Part shown: positions 39,641 to 48,734 of the stretch, one piece after another
Layout of the letters: each line of letters begins with the position of its first letter
Numbering within the stretch: the stretch's first letter is position 1
Assembly (NCBI GenBank): GCA_965204745.1
Contig: OZ242010.1
Location: 1,344,001 to 1,408,000, forward strand
Source: Candidatus Latescibacterota bacterium
Lineage (GTDB): Bacteria; Latescibacterota; UBA2968
Length of the DNA: 64,000 nucleotides
Reading direction: 5' to 3'
Made by a program: the position numbers and the translations under genes
The notes under the pieces: generated by a model
Databases searched by the model: none
What the model was told of the DNA's origin: nothing
What the model saw: only the letters and a program-made list of their open reading frames with translations

Positions 39641-40132
39641 CTAAACAGAATGGGGCGCAGACAGTTGCGCGAGGTGTTCGGTCATAAATTGGTACATGCT
39701 CATCGACGAGCGGCATGCCATCAACCCCGCGCGCACATCGGATTTTTTGAACAGCAGGGCCAAATTGCTCAACATCGACAAATAGGGCACGGGCACGGCG
39801 TCGGGGACTGCGACCATGCATATCACGTGAATGCGTGCTGCATCTGGGGGAAAAGCGACGCCCGTTTGCGAGATGCCCAATGCCACGCTGGGCTGTGCGA
39901 CGGACCGGCAACGCGCATGGGGCAGGGCGACGCCGCGGCCCAAAACCGTGCTGATCTGATCTTCGCGGTCCAAAATCGTTTGCAAGAAGCGCAGACTATC
40001 GACCACTTTGCGGCAACCGTAGAGCCGATCCACCAGTTCTTTGATGGCACCCATGCGGTCTGTGGATCGCAAATTGGGTACGAGGAGCGAAGCCTCGAGA
40101 TGAAAAACATCGTCTTCGAGTGTCGGAATCAC
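39641..40132 (-). CDS. PTS EIIA (Ntr/Fru-type) domain protein
   Basis: RE...ST.LG.GVALPHAR phospho-His motif; start codon uncertain. Confidence 0.8.
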   Translation of the reverse strand: MIPTLEDDVFHLEASLLVPNLRSTDRMGAIKELVDRLYGCRKVVDSLRFLQTILDREDQISTVLGRGVALPHARCRSVAQPSVALGISQTGVAFPPDAARIHVICMVAVPDAVPVPYLSMLSNLALLFKKSDVRAGLMACRSSMSMYQFMTEHLAQLSAPHSV

Positions 40133-40288
40133 ATGGCCCCCATGCAAAAAACGCAGAATTTGCACCTTTAAGCCTCAAGACGCGGATTACACGGTGGCGG
40201 CTAACGCATTAACGTCTGGAAAAACAAGGGTTAAAACGAGGCGTCGCCAAAACACCGCCAAACCGCGATAAACGCAGGGCATCATAAA

Positions 40289-40305
40289 AGCAATACGAGT
40301 GCCAA
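40289..40305 (-). promoter_or_regulatory. sigma54 (-24/-12) promoter
   Basis: Minus strand TTGGCAC-TCGTA-TTGCT, upstream of the EIIA-sigma operon. Confidence 0.7.
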
Positions 40306-40392
40306 GATGTGATGAACTGCCGTAACCGCTTGTTTAAGATACAAATAGGTCAGAGAAGTAAATTTACACCCCGATTTTTCCCGCTCCGTTGT

Positions 40393-40437
40393 ATGCAAAA
40401 ATTGCATCGCACGGATCGTCAAAATGCAAAAATTGCG
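40393..40437. promoter_or_regulatory. Paired palindromic enhancer-like sites
   Basis: ATGCAAAAATTGCAT (40393) and ATGCAAAAATTGCG (40424), 31 bp apart and ~90-130 bp upstream of the sigma54 site. Confidence 0.55.
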
Positions 40438-40440
40438 TTT

Positions 40441-40466
40441 TAGGTCGTGTTGACATTTTATTTTTT
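40441..40466 (+). repeat. Orphan IS5-like terminal repeat, second copy
   Basis: 26 bp identical to 9929-9954. Confidence 0.6.
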
Positions 40467-40559
40467 ATTTCACGTTACGCATAGAGTAGCAAATGTGTTG
40501 CTTGCTCATTTAAGGCGTTTCCTTTGATGGCTTAGGTTGCTCTGATGGCGTTTTGCGAG

Positions 40560-40887
40560 GGGACCTATCCCCCGGCCCCTTTCCTACGAGGAAAGGGGAG
40601 TAAAGTTCCTTTGATGGCTTCTCGCTCTGGTTGCTCTGATGGCATTGACCGAGGGCATAAAGCGATTAAATATCCCTCATCAATACCCTCGCAAAACCGC
40701 TCACAGTTCCCCCTTCCTCCCAGGAAAAGGGGAGTAAAGCTCCTTTGATGGCTTCTCGCTCTGGTTGCTCTGATGGCGTTGACCGAGGGCATAAAGCGAT
40801 TAAATATCCCTCACGCTATATCCCCTCGCAAAACCGCTCACTATTCCCCCCTTCCTCGCAGGAAGGGGGGTTAGGGGGGTAGGTCCC
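40560..40887. repeat. Second palindromic element family, with internal tandem duplication
   Basis: Inverted homolog of 25557-25743; CCTTTGATGGCTT...CTCTGATGGC unit recurs at ~40521, 40608 and 40742. Confidence 0.75.
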
Positions 40888-41000
40888 GACAAGGAGCGAC
40901 TGATTGAAGGACGTCGGATTTTGTGGGATGTGCGGGATGACTTGCTACGTTGCGTTGTAGGCCACGCCTATTCGTCCATTCGACCAAGCACGGGGGGGGG

Positions 41001-41072
41001 CATCGCCTAAAAAGGTGAGAAGTGAGAGGCAAGAAGGCCACCCTTCTCCCCTCTTGCGTCTCCCCTCTTGCC
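41001..41072. repeat. CATCGCC[CT]AAAAAGGTGA-heptamer repeat family
   Basis: Homologous to the reverse complement of 44974-45060 and to ~60347-60390. Confidence 0.7.
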
Positions 41073-41082
41073 TTTTGTGTTT

Positions 41083-42468
41083 TTATCCCTTTTGTGGCAA
41101 ATTCGCTTTTTGCATTTTTTCCGACAGATTGTACGCCTTGATCTTGTATTGCAACGCACGGACGCTGATCCCCAGCATCGCCGCGGCCGCTTTGCGATTT
41201 GCAGGCCCTTGGGCGAGCGTCTTTTCGATGAGGGCGCGTTCTGCGTCTGCGAGCGATGACCCGAGTTGAATCGCGATGGTATCTGTCTCGCCTTGGGCAT
41301 CGCGCACGCGAGAGGGCAGATGATCGACATCGACCTTGTGATCCGCGCAGGTTACGACCATGCGCTCGATAGTATTTTTCAACTCGCGCACATTGCCGGG
41401 CCATGAATAGGCCAGCACCTTGTCCATGGCTTCGGGCGTCAATTCCTTGCGCGGTTTGTGGTGCAACACGCAGAGGTTTTCGAAGAACACATCGATCAAG
41501 AGCGGAATGTCTTCAACGCGCGCTCGAAGCGGCGGCACGCGAATGGGCACGACATTGATGCGATAGTACAAGTCCTCTCTGAATCGCCCGTTCGCCACTT
41601 CATGCTCGAGATCGCGATTGGTGACAAAAATGGTTCGCACATCTGCGCTCACCGATTTGGTGCTGCCCACCGGGCGATAGGCTTTTTCTTCCAAGACGCG
41701 GAGGAGATCGACCTGATTGGACAAGGGGATTTCGCCCACTTCGTCAAAGAAAAGCGTGCCCCCTTCCGCGGCCGCAAAATGCCCGGCCTTGTCCGCTGTC
41801 GCGCCGGTGAACGCGCCTTTGACATATCCGAACAACTCGCTGCCAAAGAGCGTTTCGGCAAATGCCCCGCAGTTCATCGCCACCAAGGGGGCGTTTCGCC
41901 GCGCGCTGGCCTGGTGAATCGCCCGCGCCACGAGTTCTTTTCCGGTGCCGGTTTCCCCGGTGATCAGCACGGGCACGTCGGTCATGCCCGCTTGCGCGAT
42001 GGTGTCGCAGACGTGTTCCATGACCGCGCTTCGATGCACGATCTCGCCATTGCCCCCATTGGAATCCAGCCGCGCGCGCAAGGCGCGGTTTTCAGCGACC
42101 AGGGCTCGGTGGTCCAGCAATCGCGCTAAGGACAAGTGCAATCGCTTCAGGTCCACGGGCTTGGTCAAATAATCATAGGCCCCGCGCCGCATGGCTTCGA
42201 CAGCGGTTTCTACTTCGCCGTAAGCCGTGATTACGATGATGCCGATGTCGAGATTGGCTTCGCGCACCCATTTCAAAAGCGCGAGTCCGTCACGGCCCGG
42301 CATTTTGAGGTCGATGATCGCGGCGTCATATCCATGGGTTTCCATCAGGGTTTTCGCCTTGCGCCCGTCGTAGGCCACGTCGACGCGATAGCCGTTTTTG
42401 ACCATGGCCTCCCGCAATCCTTCGCAGATGTAGTACTCGTCGTCTGCAATTAAAATCCGAATGTCCAT
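41083..42468 (-). CDS. NtrC-family sigma54-dependent response regulator
   Basis: Receiver (ADDE, DLKMP), GETGTGKE, GAFTGA, FREDLYYR, WPGNVREL and a Fis-type HTH. Confidence 0.95.
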   Translation of the reverse strand: MDIRILIADDEYYICEGLREAMVKNGYRVDVAYDGRKAKTLMETHGYDAAIIDLKMPGRDGLALLKWVREANLDIGIIVITAYGEVETAVEAMRRGAYDYLTKPVDLKRLHLSLARLLDHRALVAENRALRARLDSNGGNGEIVHRSAVMEHVCDTIAQAGMTDVPVLITGETGTGKELVARAIHQASARRNAPLVAMNCGAFAETLFGSELFGYVKGAFTGATADKAGHFAAAEGGTLFFDEVGEIPLSNQVDLLRVLEEKAYRPVGSTKSVSADVRTIFVTNRDLEHEVANGRFREDLYYRINVVPIRVPPLRARVEDIPLLIDVFFENLCVLHHKPRKELTPEAMDKVLAYSWPGNVRELKNTIERMVVTCADHKVDVDHLPSRVRDAQGETDTIAIQLGSSLADAERALIEKTLAQGPANRKAAAAMLGISVRALQYKIKAYNLSEKMQKANLPQKG

Positions 42469-42476
42469 AACTGGCC

Positions 42477-43547
42477 TCAAGGGGTGTTTGCGTCCCGTGC
42501 GTCTGGTATGGGCAAATAGATCCAAAAAGTCGTGCCGTGTCCTGGGGTGCTTTCCACGTCGATGTGCCCGCCGTGCTGGTAGATGATGCGCTGGGCAATG
42601 GACAACCCCAACCCGGTGCCTTCGTCTTTGGTCGTGTAATAAAACTCGAAAATGCGATCCACTTCTTCTTCGGGAATGCCGCATCCCGTGTCTGTGAGCA
42701 TCAGACAAACCTGCGCGTGTTCCGGTTGCGTTCGGACGATGAGGTCCCCGCCGTCTGCCATGGACTGAAAGGCATTGACCGCGATGTTGAGCACGGCTTG
42801 CCCGAGTTGATCCTCGTCTCCATTTATTACGGGCAGGGCGTTGGAAAGTTCCAAACGCAATGCGACATCGCGCTCGCGTGCTTCGGGCGCGACCAATTCA
42901 AACACATGGCGGACAATGTCGTTGACCGACACATGGCGCAGGTGGAGTTTGGGGGTGCGCGAGAACCGCAGAAAGTTGTGTACGATGCGGTCGAGGCGTT
43001 TCATCTCGGTTTGGGCGATGTTGAGCCGCTGCAAGAGACGCGCTTTGGAGGAGCTCGTCAATGCGCCGAGGTCGTCTGCTAGCAGTTGTAGCTGAATGTC
43101 AATCGCCCCCAGTGGGTTGCGAACTTCATGGGCGACCGACGCGGCCAGCCTGCCCAGCGCGGTCATTTTTTCCACTTGAAAAATTTCCCATTCCATCCGC
43201 TTTAGTTGCGAGACGTCGCGCACGGACAGCACCAGCCCTGCCCGGGTTTCGGCGTCCAAAAACGACGTGCTCACGCGCAGGTGTTGCAACCCCCCGTCGG
43301 CATTGTGATCCACCAAGTCCGCGTCTGATGCCAATTCTTTTTGTCTCAATCCCCGATGCAAAATCCGCAGGAGTTCGGGCCGCTGGACAAACAATTGCTC
43401 TGGGGATGCCCCGTAAACGGTTTGCTCGGCCCAGCCCATCAAGGTGGTCAGATGCACGTTGACCATCACGGCCCGATGCGTTTTGTCAAAGGCTATGATG
43501 CCCTCGCCCAAGCCCTGCAAAATCGAGGCGCTATAATCCGTGTCCAT
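42477..43547 (-). CDS. PAS sensor histidine kinase (NtrB-like)
   Basis: AHEVRNPL H-box, LN..VNA, D.G.GI, F.TTK and GTGLGL motifs. Confidence 0.92.
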   Translation of the reverse strand: MDTDYSASILQGLGEGIIAFDKTHRAVMVNVHLTTLMGWAEQTVYGASPEQLFVQRPELLRILHRGLRQKELASDADLVDHNADGGLQHLRVSTSFLDAETRAGLVLSVRDVSQLKRMEWEIFQVEKMTALGRLAASVAHEVRNPLGAIDIQLQLLADDLGALTSSSKARLLQRLNIAQTEMKRLDRIVHNFLRFSRTPKLHLRHVSVNDIVRHVFELVAPEARERDVALRLELSNALPVINGDEDQLGQAVLNIAVNAFQSMADGGDLIVRTQPEHAQVCLMLTDTGCGIPEEEVDRIFEFYYTTKDEGTGLGLSIAQRIIYQHGGHIDVESTPGHGTTFWIYLPIPDARDANTP

Positions 43548-43696
43548 GCGCGTTCCCTCGTCTGTTCTGTGCGTGCAATGCGTTCGCGGGCAATTTTCCA
43601 CATTTCCACCCCAAACGCAAGCCCAAACTGGTTGACACATGATCGCGGATTGAGCAGATTGGCAAGAGGGGAGAGGTAAGATACTCTCTTAAAAGG

Positions 43697-44704
43697 TCAA
43701 GGGGTTTTCGGGGTGATTCGATAGAATTTTTCGCCCTCAAAATCTTGGTCATGGCGCAACATGCCCCAGATCGAATGGAGCAACTTTCGCATCACCGCAA
43801 CGATAGCCTGCAAAGGTTTCTTGCCGCGGGCGATGAGTTGGTCATAGAAGGCTTTGACATGGCCTTCGTGTCTGATGGCCACCCAGGCAGGCATATAGAG
43901 GGCATGGCGGAGGTACTTATTCCCGGTTTTCGAGATGCGTCTTTGTGGATTGGCGGTTCCGGATTGTTTGGGTTTGGGATCCAGGCCTGCATGTGCGACC
44001 CACTGGGGCGGTTGCATCTCCTCTGGCAAAAGGGTCAACTCGGCCAAGAGCCGCAAGGCACTCGTTTGCGCGATGCCAGGCGTCGAGCAGAGGCGTTGGT
44101 AGGCACGCTTGAGGGGCTCATCGTGCAAAACGAGATCGAGGGCTTGGCTTTCCAAGTATGCAATCCGGCGTTTGAAGTGTCGAATATTCACCTGAATATC
44201 GCGTGCGATGAGACGTGTGCTGCGGATGTGGTAGCTCTGCGCGTGGTTGCGGCTCTGTTCGCGGATGATCTCCTGCTTGAGTTGGTCAATGCGTCTGGTG
44301 AGGGCTTGCAGTTGAAGCCGTTGCTCGCTCGGCGCTTGCCAAGGCACAAAAGGCATGCGCTCGGCATAGTCGAGGATCAACAACGCATCCTTCGCATCCG
44401 TCTTCGCCCGTTGCATGCAGGCTTGGGCGTACTTGCTCATCGCTTTGGGATTGACGACCATGACCTTTGTGTGGCGATGCCGATGCAAGGCCAAGGCCAC
44501 CCCCAAACTGTAAAGCCCGGTCGCTTCGAGGCACACAGAGACCATGTGCCCGCCCTTCGTGAGCCACTTCAGCAACCGCTTATGCGCTTGGGGATCATTG
44601 GCAAAGGTCGCTTGCATGACAGCTTGTCCGGGTCTGGACAGGGCAACGGACAACGTGCGGGCACTGACATCAATGCCGGCAAAAGCGGGGTGAGATTTCG
44701 ACAT
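43697..44704 (-). CDS. IS110 DEDD recombinase
   Basis: GIDVS, CLEATG, KTD..DA, PGI and GL.P...QSG...ISK.GN..LR..LY motifs. Confidence 0.95.
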   Translation of the reverse strand: MSKSHPAFAGIDVSARTLSVALSRPGQAVMQATFANDPQAHKRLLKWLTKGGHMVSVCLEATGLYSLGVALALHRHRHTKVMVVNPKAMSKYAQACMQRAKTDAKDALLILDYAERMPFVPWQAPSEQRLQLQALTRRIDQLKQEIIREQSRNHAQSYHIRSTRLIARDIQVNIRHFKRRIAYLESQALDLVLHDEPLKRAYQRLCSTPGIAQTSALRLLAELTLLPEEMQPPQWVAHAGLDPKPKQSGTANPQRRISKTGNKYLRHALYMPAWVAIRHEGHVKAFYDQLIARGKKPLQAIVAVMRKLLHSIWGMLRHDQDFEGEKFYRITPKTP

Positions 44705-44769
44705 GGGGGCCTCCTGTGATGAGGGGGTTGTAAGGGATCTGGTGCGCGCTCGGGGTCGCGTCCCGACCA

Positions 44770-44950
44770 TTGACGCCAAGTCTACCGGTCTTGTATATGC
44801 AGCCTCAAGGGGCTTAGATACTCTTCGGCATAGACCCGGCGGTCGGGGGGCCTATCTTACCTACAAGGTCATCGCCTTCAAGAGGGGCCGGCCTTCCCCG
44901 AGCCGGGCATCAAGATGGCTTATCTCGATACGAGGGCGCAACTCCTAATT
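44770..44950 (-). ncRNA. Putative IS110 bridge RNA (boundaries approximate)
   Basis: Two internal loops whose guides match the target (GGCCCCTCT, AGGTAAG) and the donor (AGAGTATCT, ATACAAG). Confidence 0.75.
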
Positions 44951-45107
44951 AACCCTTACTTCCAAGATACAAGAGGGGAGACGCAAGACGTAAGAGGCAA
45001 GAGGCAAGAGGGGTGGCCTTCTCATGTCTTGCCTCTCACCTTTCACCTTTTTGGGCGATGCGTGGTGCTCGCCCGAAGATACAAGCGTCTGGACTGGGGA
45101 GTATCAA

Positions 45108-48100
45108 ATGCAGAGGGACAAACACATCTTGGACAATCGCCGCGCTACGGTTGTGGGTTATCTGCGCGAACAGTTGCGTGCCGCAGAGGTATTCCGGCTG
45201 GTATCGGCGTATTTTACGATTTACGGGTATGGCGCACTGCAAAGCGAATTGCGCGGCATTGGGGATGTGCGTTTTCTCTTTGGGGATCCGGCATCGGTGG
45301 GCGAGGTGGATCCCGGTGGAAAGCAGGAACAATCCTTTGCGTTGACCGAAGGCGGTCTGTCGCCGAATCTCGCATTGTCACAAAAATGGCTTGCGCGGCA
45401 ATGCGCGGACTGGGTGCGTCGCAAAGGAGTCAAAATCCGCTCGGTCGGCAAATCCAATTTTCTGCACGGCAAAATGTACCTCGCCGAATCTGCCCAGGGC
45501 CGCGCGGCAGTGGTCGGCAGTTCCAACTTTACCCGCAATGGCTTGGGCGGCGGGACGAGTGCAAATGTGGAAATCAACTTGGCGACCCGAGATGCTGGTG
45601 TGTGCGCGGAACTGCGGGCGTGGTTCGACGACCTGTGGGCGGACGAGGCGTTGACTGTGGATGTGAAACGAGACGTGTTGGCGGCCCTGAACCGCATCGG
45701 CGAGGATCACGCGCCGGAGTTTATTTATTTTAAGACGCTGTACGAGTTGTTCCGCGCAGATATCGAGGAGAGACAGGACGGGGAAACCCAACTGGCAGAG
45801 ACGCATCTTTACGATACTGAAATTTGGAATGCCCTGTACGGTTTTCAGAAGGACGGGGCCAAAAGCGCGATTGCCCGCTTGTTGCGGCACAACGGGTGCA
45901 TTTTGGCCGATAGCGTGGGCTTGGGCAAGACCTACACCGCGCTGGCCGCGATCAAGTTCTTCGAGTTGCGAAACGAGCGCGTGCTGGTCTTGTGCCCGAA
46001 AAAACTGCGCGAAAACTGGGCCTTGTATCCGGTGGCGAACGCCCATGTTCACAATCCCTTTCCCGCGGATCGCTTTGGGTACACCCTGCTCTCGCATACG
46101 GACTTGTCCCGCAACAGCGGGCGCGCAGGCGATATTGATTTGGCGCATTTCAACTGGCGCAATTTCGATCTGGTGGTCATTGACGAGTCGCACAATTTTC
46201 GCAACGACACCAAGCCGCGCACGGGCGACGACGGCGAGATTCGCCACAGCCGGTACTCGCGGCTGTTGGAAGAGGTGATTGAGGAAGGCACGAAAACAAA
46301 GGTGCTGATGCTTTCGGCAACGCCGGTCAACACCTCGCTGATCGACCTTCGCAACCAGATCTATTTGATGACCGAAAAGCGCGAGGATGTGTTCCGAGAC
46401 AGCTTGGGCATCGGGGATATCGGCGCGTTGCTCGCGCAGGCTCAACGGGCGTTTAAGGCTTGGGAGACCAAGGCGGATTCCAAAAGAGATAAGTCCGAGT
46501 TGGCGGCGATGCTCGGCGCGGATTTTTTTGGGTTGCTCGGCGGGGTTTCCATTGCCCGGTCGCGGCGGCAGATCGAAATGTTTTACGCCGAGGAAATGGA
46601 CCGAATCGGAAAATTCCCCGCGCATCAAAAGCCGGAAAATGCCTATCCGAAAACCGATCTCTGCGGCGACTTGTCCTATCAAAAGTTGTCCGATCAAATT
46701 GGGCAATTCGCCTTGTCCATCTATCGCCCATCCAGCTATGTGACCGGCGAAGAAGCGAAGAAACGCTTGGCAAAAGAAAAAAAAGACCTGCACTTCAATC
46801 AGGCGGACCGCGAGCGGTTTCTCATCGGCATGATGCGGACGAACTTTCTCAAGCGTTTGGAGAGTTCCGCGCATTCGCTTGCGAAAACCCTCGGGCGCAC
46901 CGTTGGCAAAATCGACGATATGGTTGCAAAAATAGACCGCTACGCGCAACGGACCGCGCAGGACGCCCGAGCCGATATTTTGCCGGACGATGACGAAGAC
47001 GACGAGGAGTTTCTCGTCAATCGGGCGCGCACGCCCTACCACCTGCGCGAGTTGGACTTGGATGCGTGGAAAAGGGATTTGCAGAGAGACCGCGCAATTC
47101 TCACCTCGGTGTGGGAAAGGGTCAAAGCCATCGACCCGCAACGGGATGGCAAGCTCAGGGCGATTGCGGAACGCATTCGAAACAAGGCGCGCAATCCGAC
47201 GCGTAACCGCGATGGCAAGCCCAACCGCAAGATGCTGGTGTTCACCACGTTCAAAGACACGGCGCGCTATTTGTACGACAACCTGACCGGTCTGGCCCGC
47301 GAACTGAATATCGACATTGCGATGGTCTCTGGCGACGAAACGCACACCTCGGTTGGCGACAACGATTTCAACGCCATCCTCACCGACTTCGCCCCTGTCG
47401 CACGCAACCGCGGGGCAACAGATGACACCGCTGAAATCGACCTGCTGATCGCCACGGACTGCATTTCAGAAGGGCAGAATTTGCAGGACTGCGACACCGT
47501 GCTCAACTACGATATTCACTGGAACCCGGTGCGCCTCATCCAGCGACTCGGGCGCGTTGACCGCATTGGCAGTCGCAACCCCTTTGTGCAGATGATCAAC
47601 TATTGGCCCACGCGGGATATGGATGTTTATTTGCGCCTGCAACACCGGGTTGAAGCCCGCATGGCCTTGGCCGATGCAGCGGCCAGCGGGGACGACGATC
47701 CGTTGCGCGAAGACGCCGCACAGACGGAGATCAATTTCCGAGACGAACAACTGAAGAAATTGCGCGAAGAGGTGGTGGATTTTGACGCCTTATCCGATGG
47801 CGTCGTGATGAGCGATTTTACGTTCGATTACTTTTTTGCGCAGTTGTTGCGGTATTTGGAGAAAAACAAGGCCGCGCTGGAAGCAATGCCCAATGGGGTT
47901 TATGCCATCACCCGTGGGCATGGCGATACCGCACGCCCGGGCGCGATATTTTTCTTTCGCCAGCGAGACGCGAGCGCGGACAGACGAGAAAAAGCCGCCA
48001 GCCCGGTGCATCCCTACTACGCGGTGTATGTGCGCGACAGCGGCGATATTCGCTACGGTTGTGCCCATGCCAGACAGGTGTTGGAATTGTTTGAATCGGT

Positions 48101-48356
48101 CGCCGTTGGAAAAACCGAACCCCTGCAAAAACTCTGCGACCAGTTTGACCACGAAACCCAAAACGGTCGAGACATGACCCGTTACAACCGACTTTTGGAC
48201 GCGGTGATGGCCCACATCAGCGGGGCGAATAAGACGACTTACATCCAACACCTGGGCCTCCGCGGCCCACGCGATTTCAAGCTACCGGCAAAAACCAAAG
48301 CCCAAAATGCCACCTTGGATTTTGAACTGGTAACGTGGCTGGTGATAACTGTCTGA
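45108..48356 (+). CDS. PLD-nuclease / SNF2-like helicase fusion
   Basis: HGKMY...GSSNFT (PLD), ADSVGLGKT, DESH, SATP, SEGQNLQ and QRLGRVDRIG motifs. Confidence 0.9.
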   Translation: MQRDKHILDNRRATVVGYLREQLRAAEVFRLVSAYFTIYGYGALQSELRGIGDVRFLFGDPASVGEVDPGGKQEQSFALTEGGLSPNLALSQKWLARQCADWVRRKGVKIRSVGKSNFLHGKMYLAESAQGRAAVVGSSNFTRNGLGGGTSANVEINLATRDAGVCAELRAWFDDLWADEALTVDVKRDVLAALNRIGEDHAPEFIYFKTLYELFRADIEERQDGETQLAETHLYDTEIWNALYGFQKDGAKSAIARLLRHNGCILADSVGLGKTYTALAAIKFFELRNERVLVLCPKKLRENWALYPVANAHVHNPFPADRFGYTLLSHTDLSRNSGRAGDIDLAHFNWRNFDLVVIDESHNFRNDTKPRTGDDGEIRHSRYSRLLEEVIEEGTKTKVLMLSATPVNTSLIDLRNQIYLMTEKREDVFRDSLGIGDIGALLAQAQRAFKAWETKADSKRDKSELAAMLGADFFGLLGGVSIARSRRQIEMFYAEEMDRIGKFPAHQKPENAYPKTDLCGDLSYQKLSDQIGQFALSIYRPSSYVTGEEAKKRLAKEKKDLHFNQADRERFLIGMMRTNFLKRLESSAHSLAKTLGRTVGKIDDMVAKIDRYAQRTAQDARADILPDDDEDDEEFLVNRARTPYHLRELDLDAWKRDLQRDRAILTSVWERVKAIDPQRDGKLRAIAERIRNKARNPTRNRDGKPNRKMLVFTTFKDTARYLYDNLTGLARELNIDIAMVSGDETHTSVGDNDFNAILTDFAPVARNRGATDDTAEIDLLIATDCISEGQNLQDCDTVLNYDIHWNPVRLIQRLGRVDRIGSRNPFVQMINYWPTRDMDVYLRLQHRVEARMALADAAASGDDDPLREDAAQTEINFRDEQLKKLREEVVDFDALSDGVVMSDFTFDYFFAQLLRYLEKNKAALEAMPNGVYAITRGHGDTARPGAIFFFRQRDASADRREKAASPVHPYYAVYVRDSGDIRYGCAHARQVLELFESVAVGKTEPLQKLCDQFDHETQNGRDMTRYNRLLDAVMAHISGANKTTYIQHLGLRGPRDFKLPAKTKAQNATLDFELVTWLVITV

Positions 48357-48722
48357 ATCGCGGATTACGCGGATTACGCGGATGAACGCGGATTGGGTTG
48401 GCAGGTAGGGCGGAGGCGCAGAAAATACAAACGCCGCAAGTGGGGTAAAGGAAGGACGCGGATTGGGGAGCGCAGATAGGGCGGAGGGCGCAGATGATAC
48501 AGACGCCGCAAGTGGGCAGAGGAAGCGGATGAAAAGCGAAAGGCACAGCATTCAGCCCTCGTCACTCCGGCGGAAGCCGCTTTTGTTTTTTGTTCGTCCA
48601 AAGATAAGCGGAGGATGTAGCGGGTGCGAAGGTCGTAGGTGGTGCGGAGGACGCAGTAGGTGCGGGGTTGGTGCGGGGTAATCCGTGCAATCCCCTAATC
48701 CGCGTAATCCGCGATTCAGACA
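48350..48722. repeat. Complete palindromic element (373 bp)
   Basis: Both TIRs present; supplies the helicase stop codon. Confidence 0.9.
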
Positions 48723-48734
48723 AATGGACCATCC

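Larger units (their letters stand above)
43681..44971 (-). mobile_element. IS110-family element inserted in a heptamer repeat
   Basis: No TIRs; AG (CT) core at 43679-80 and 44972-73. The end sequence is repeated at 63894. Removing the element restores the heptamer register. Confidence 0.9.
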
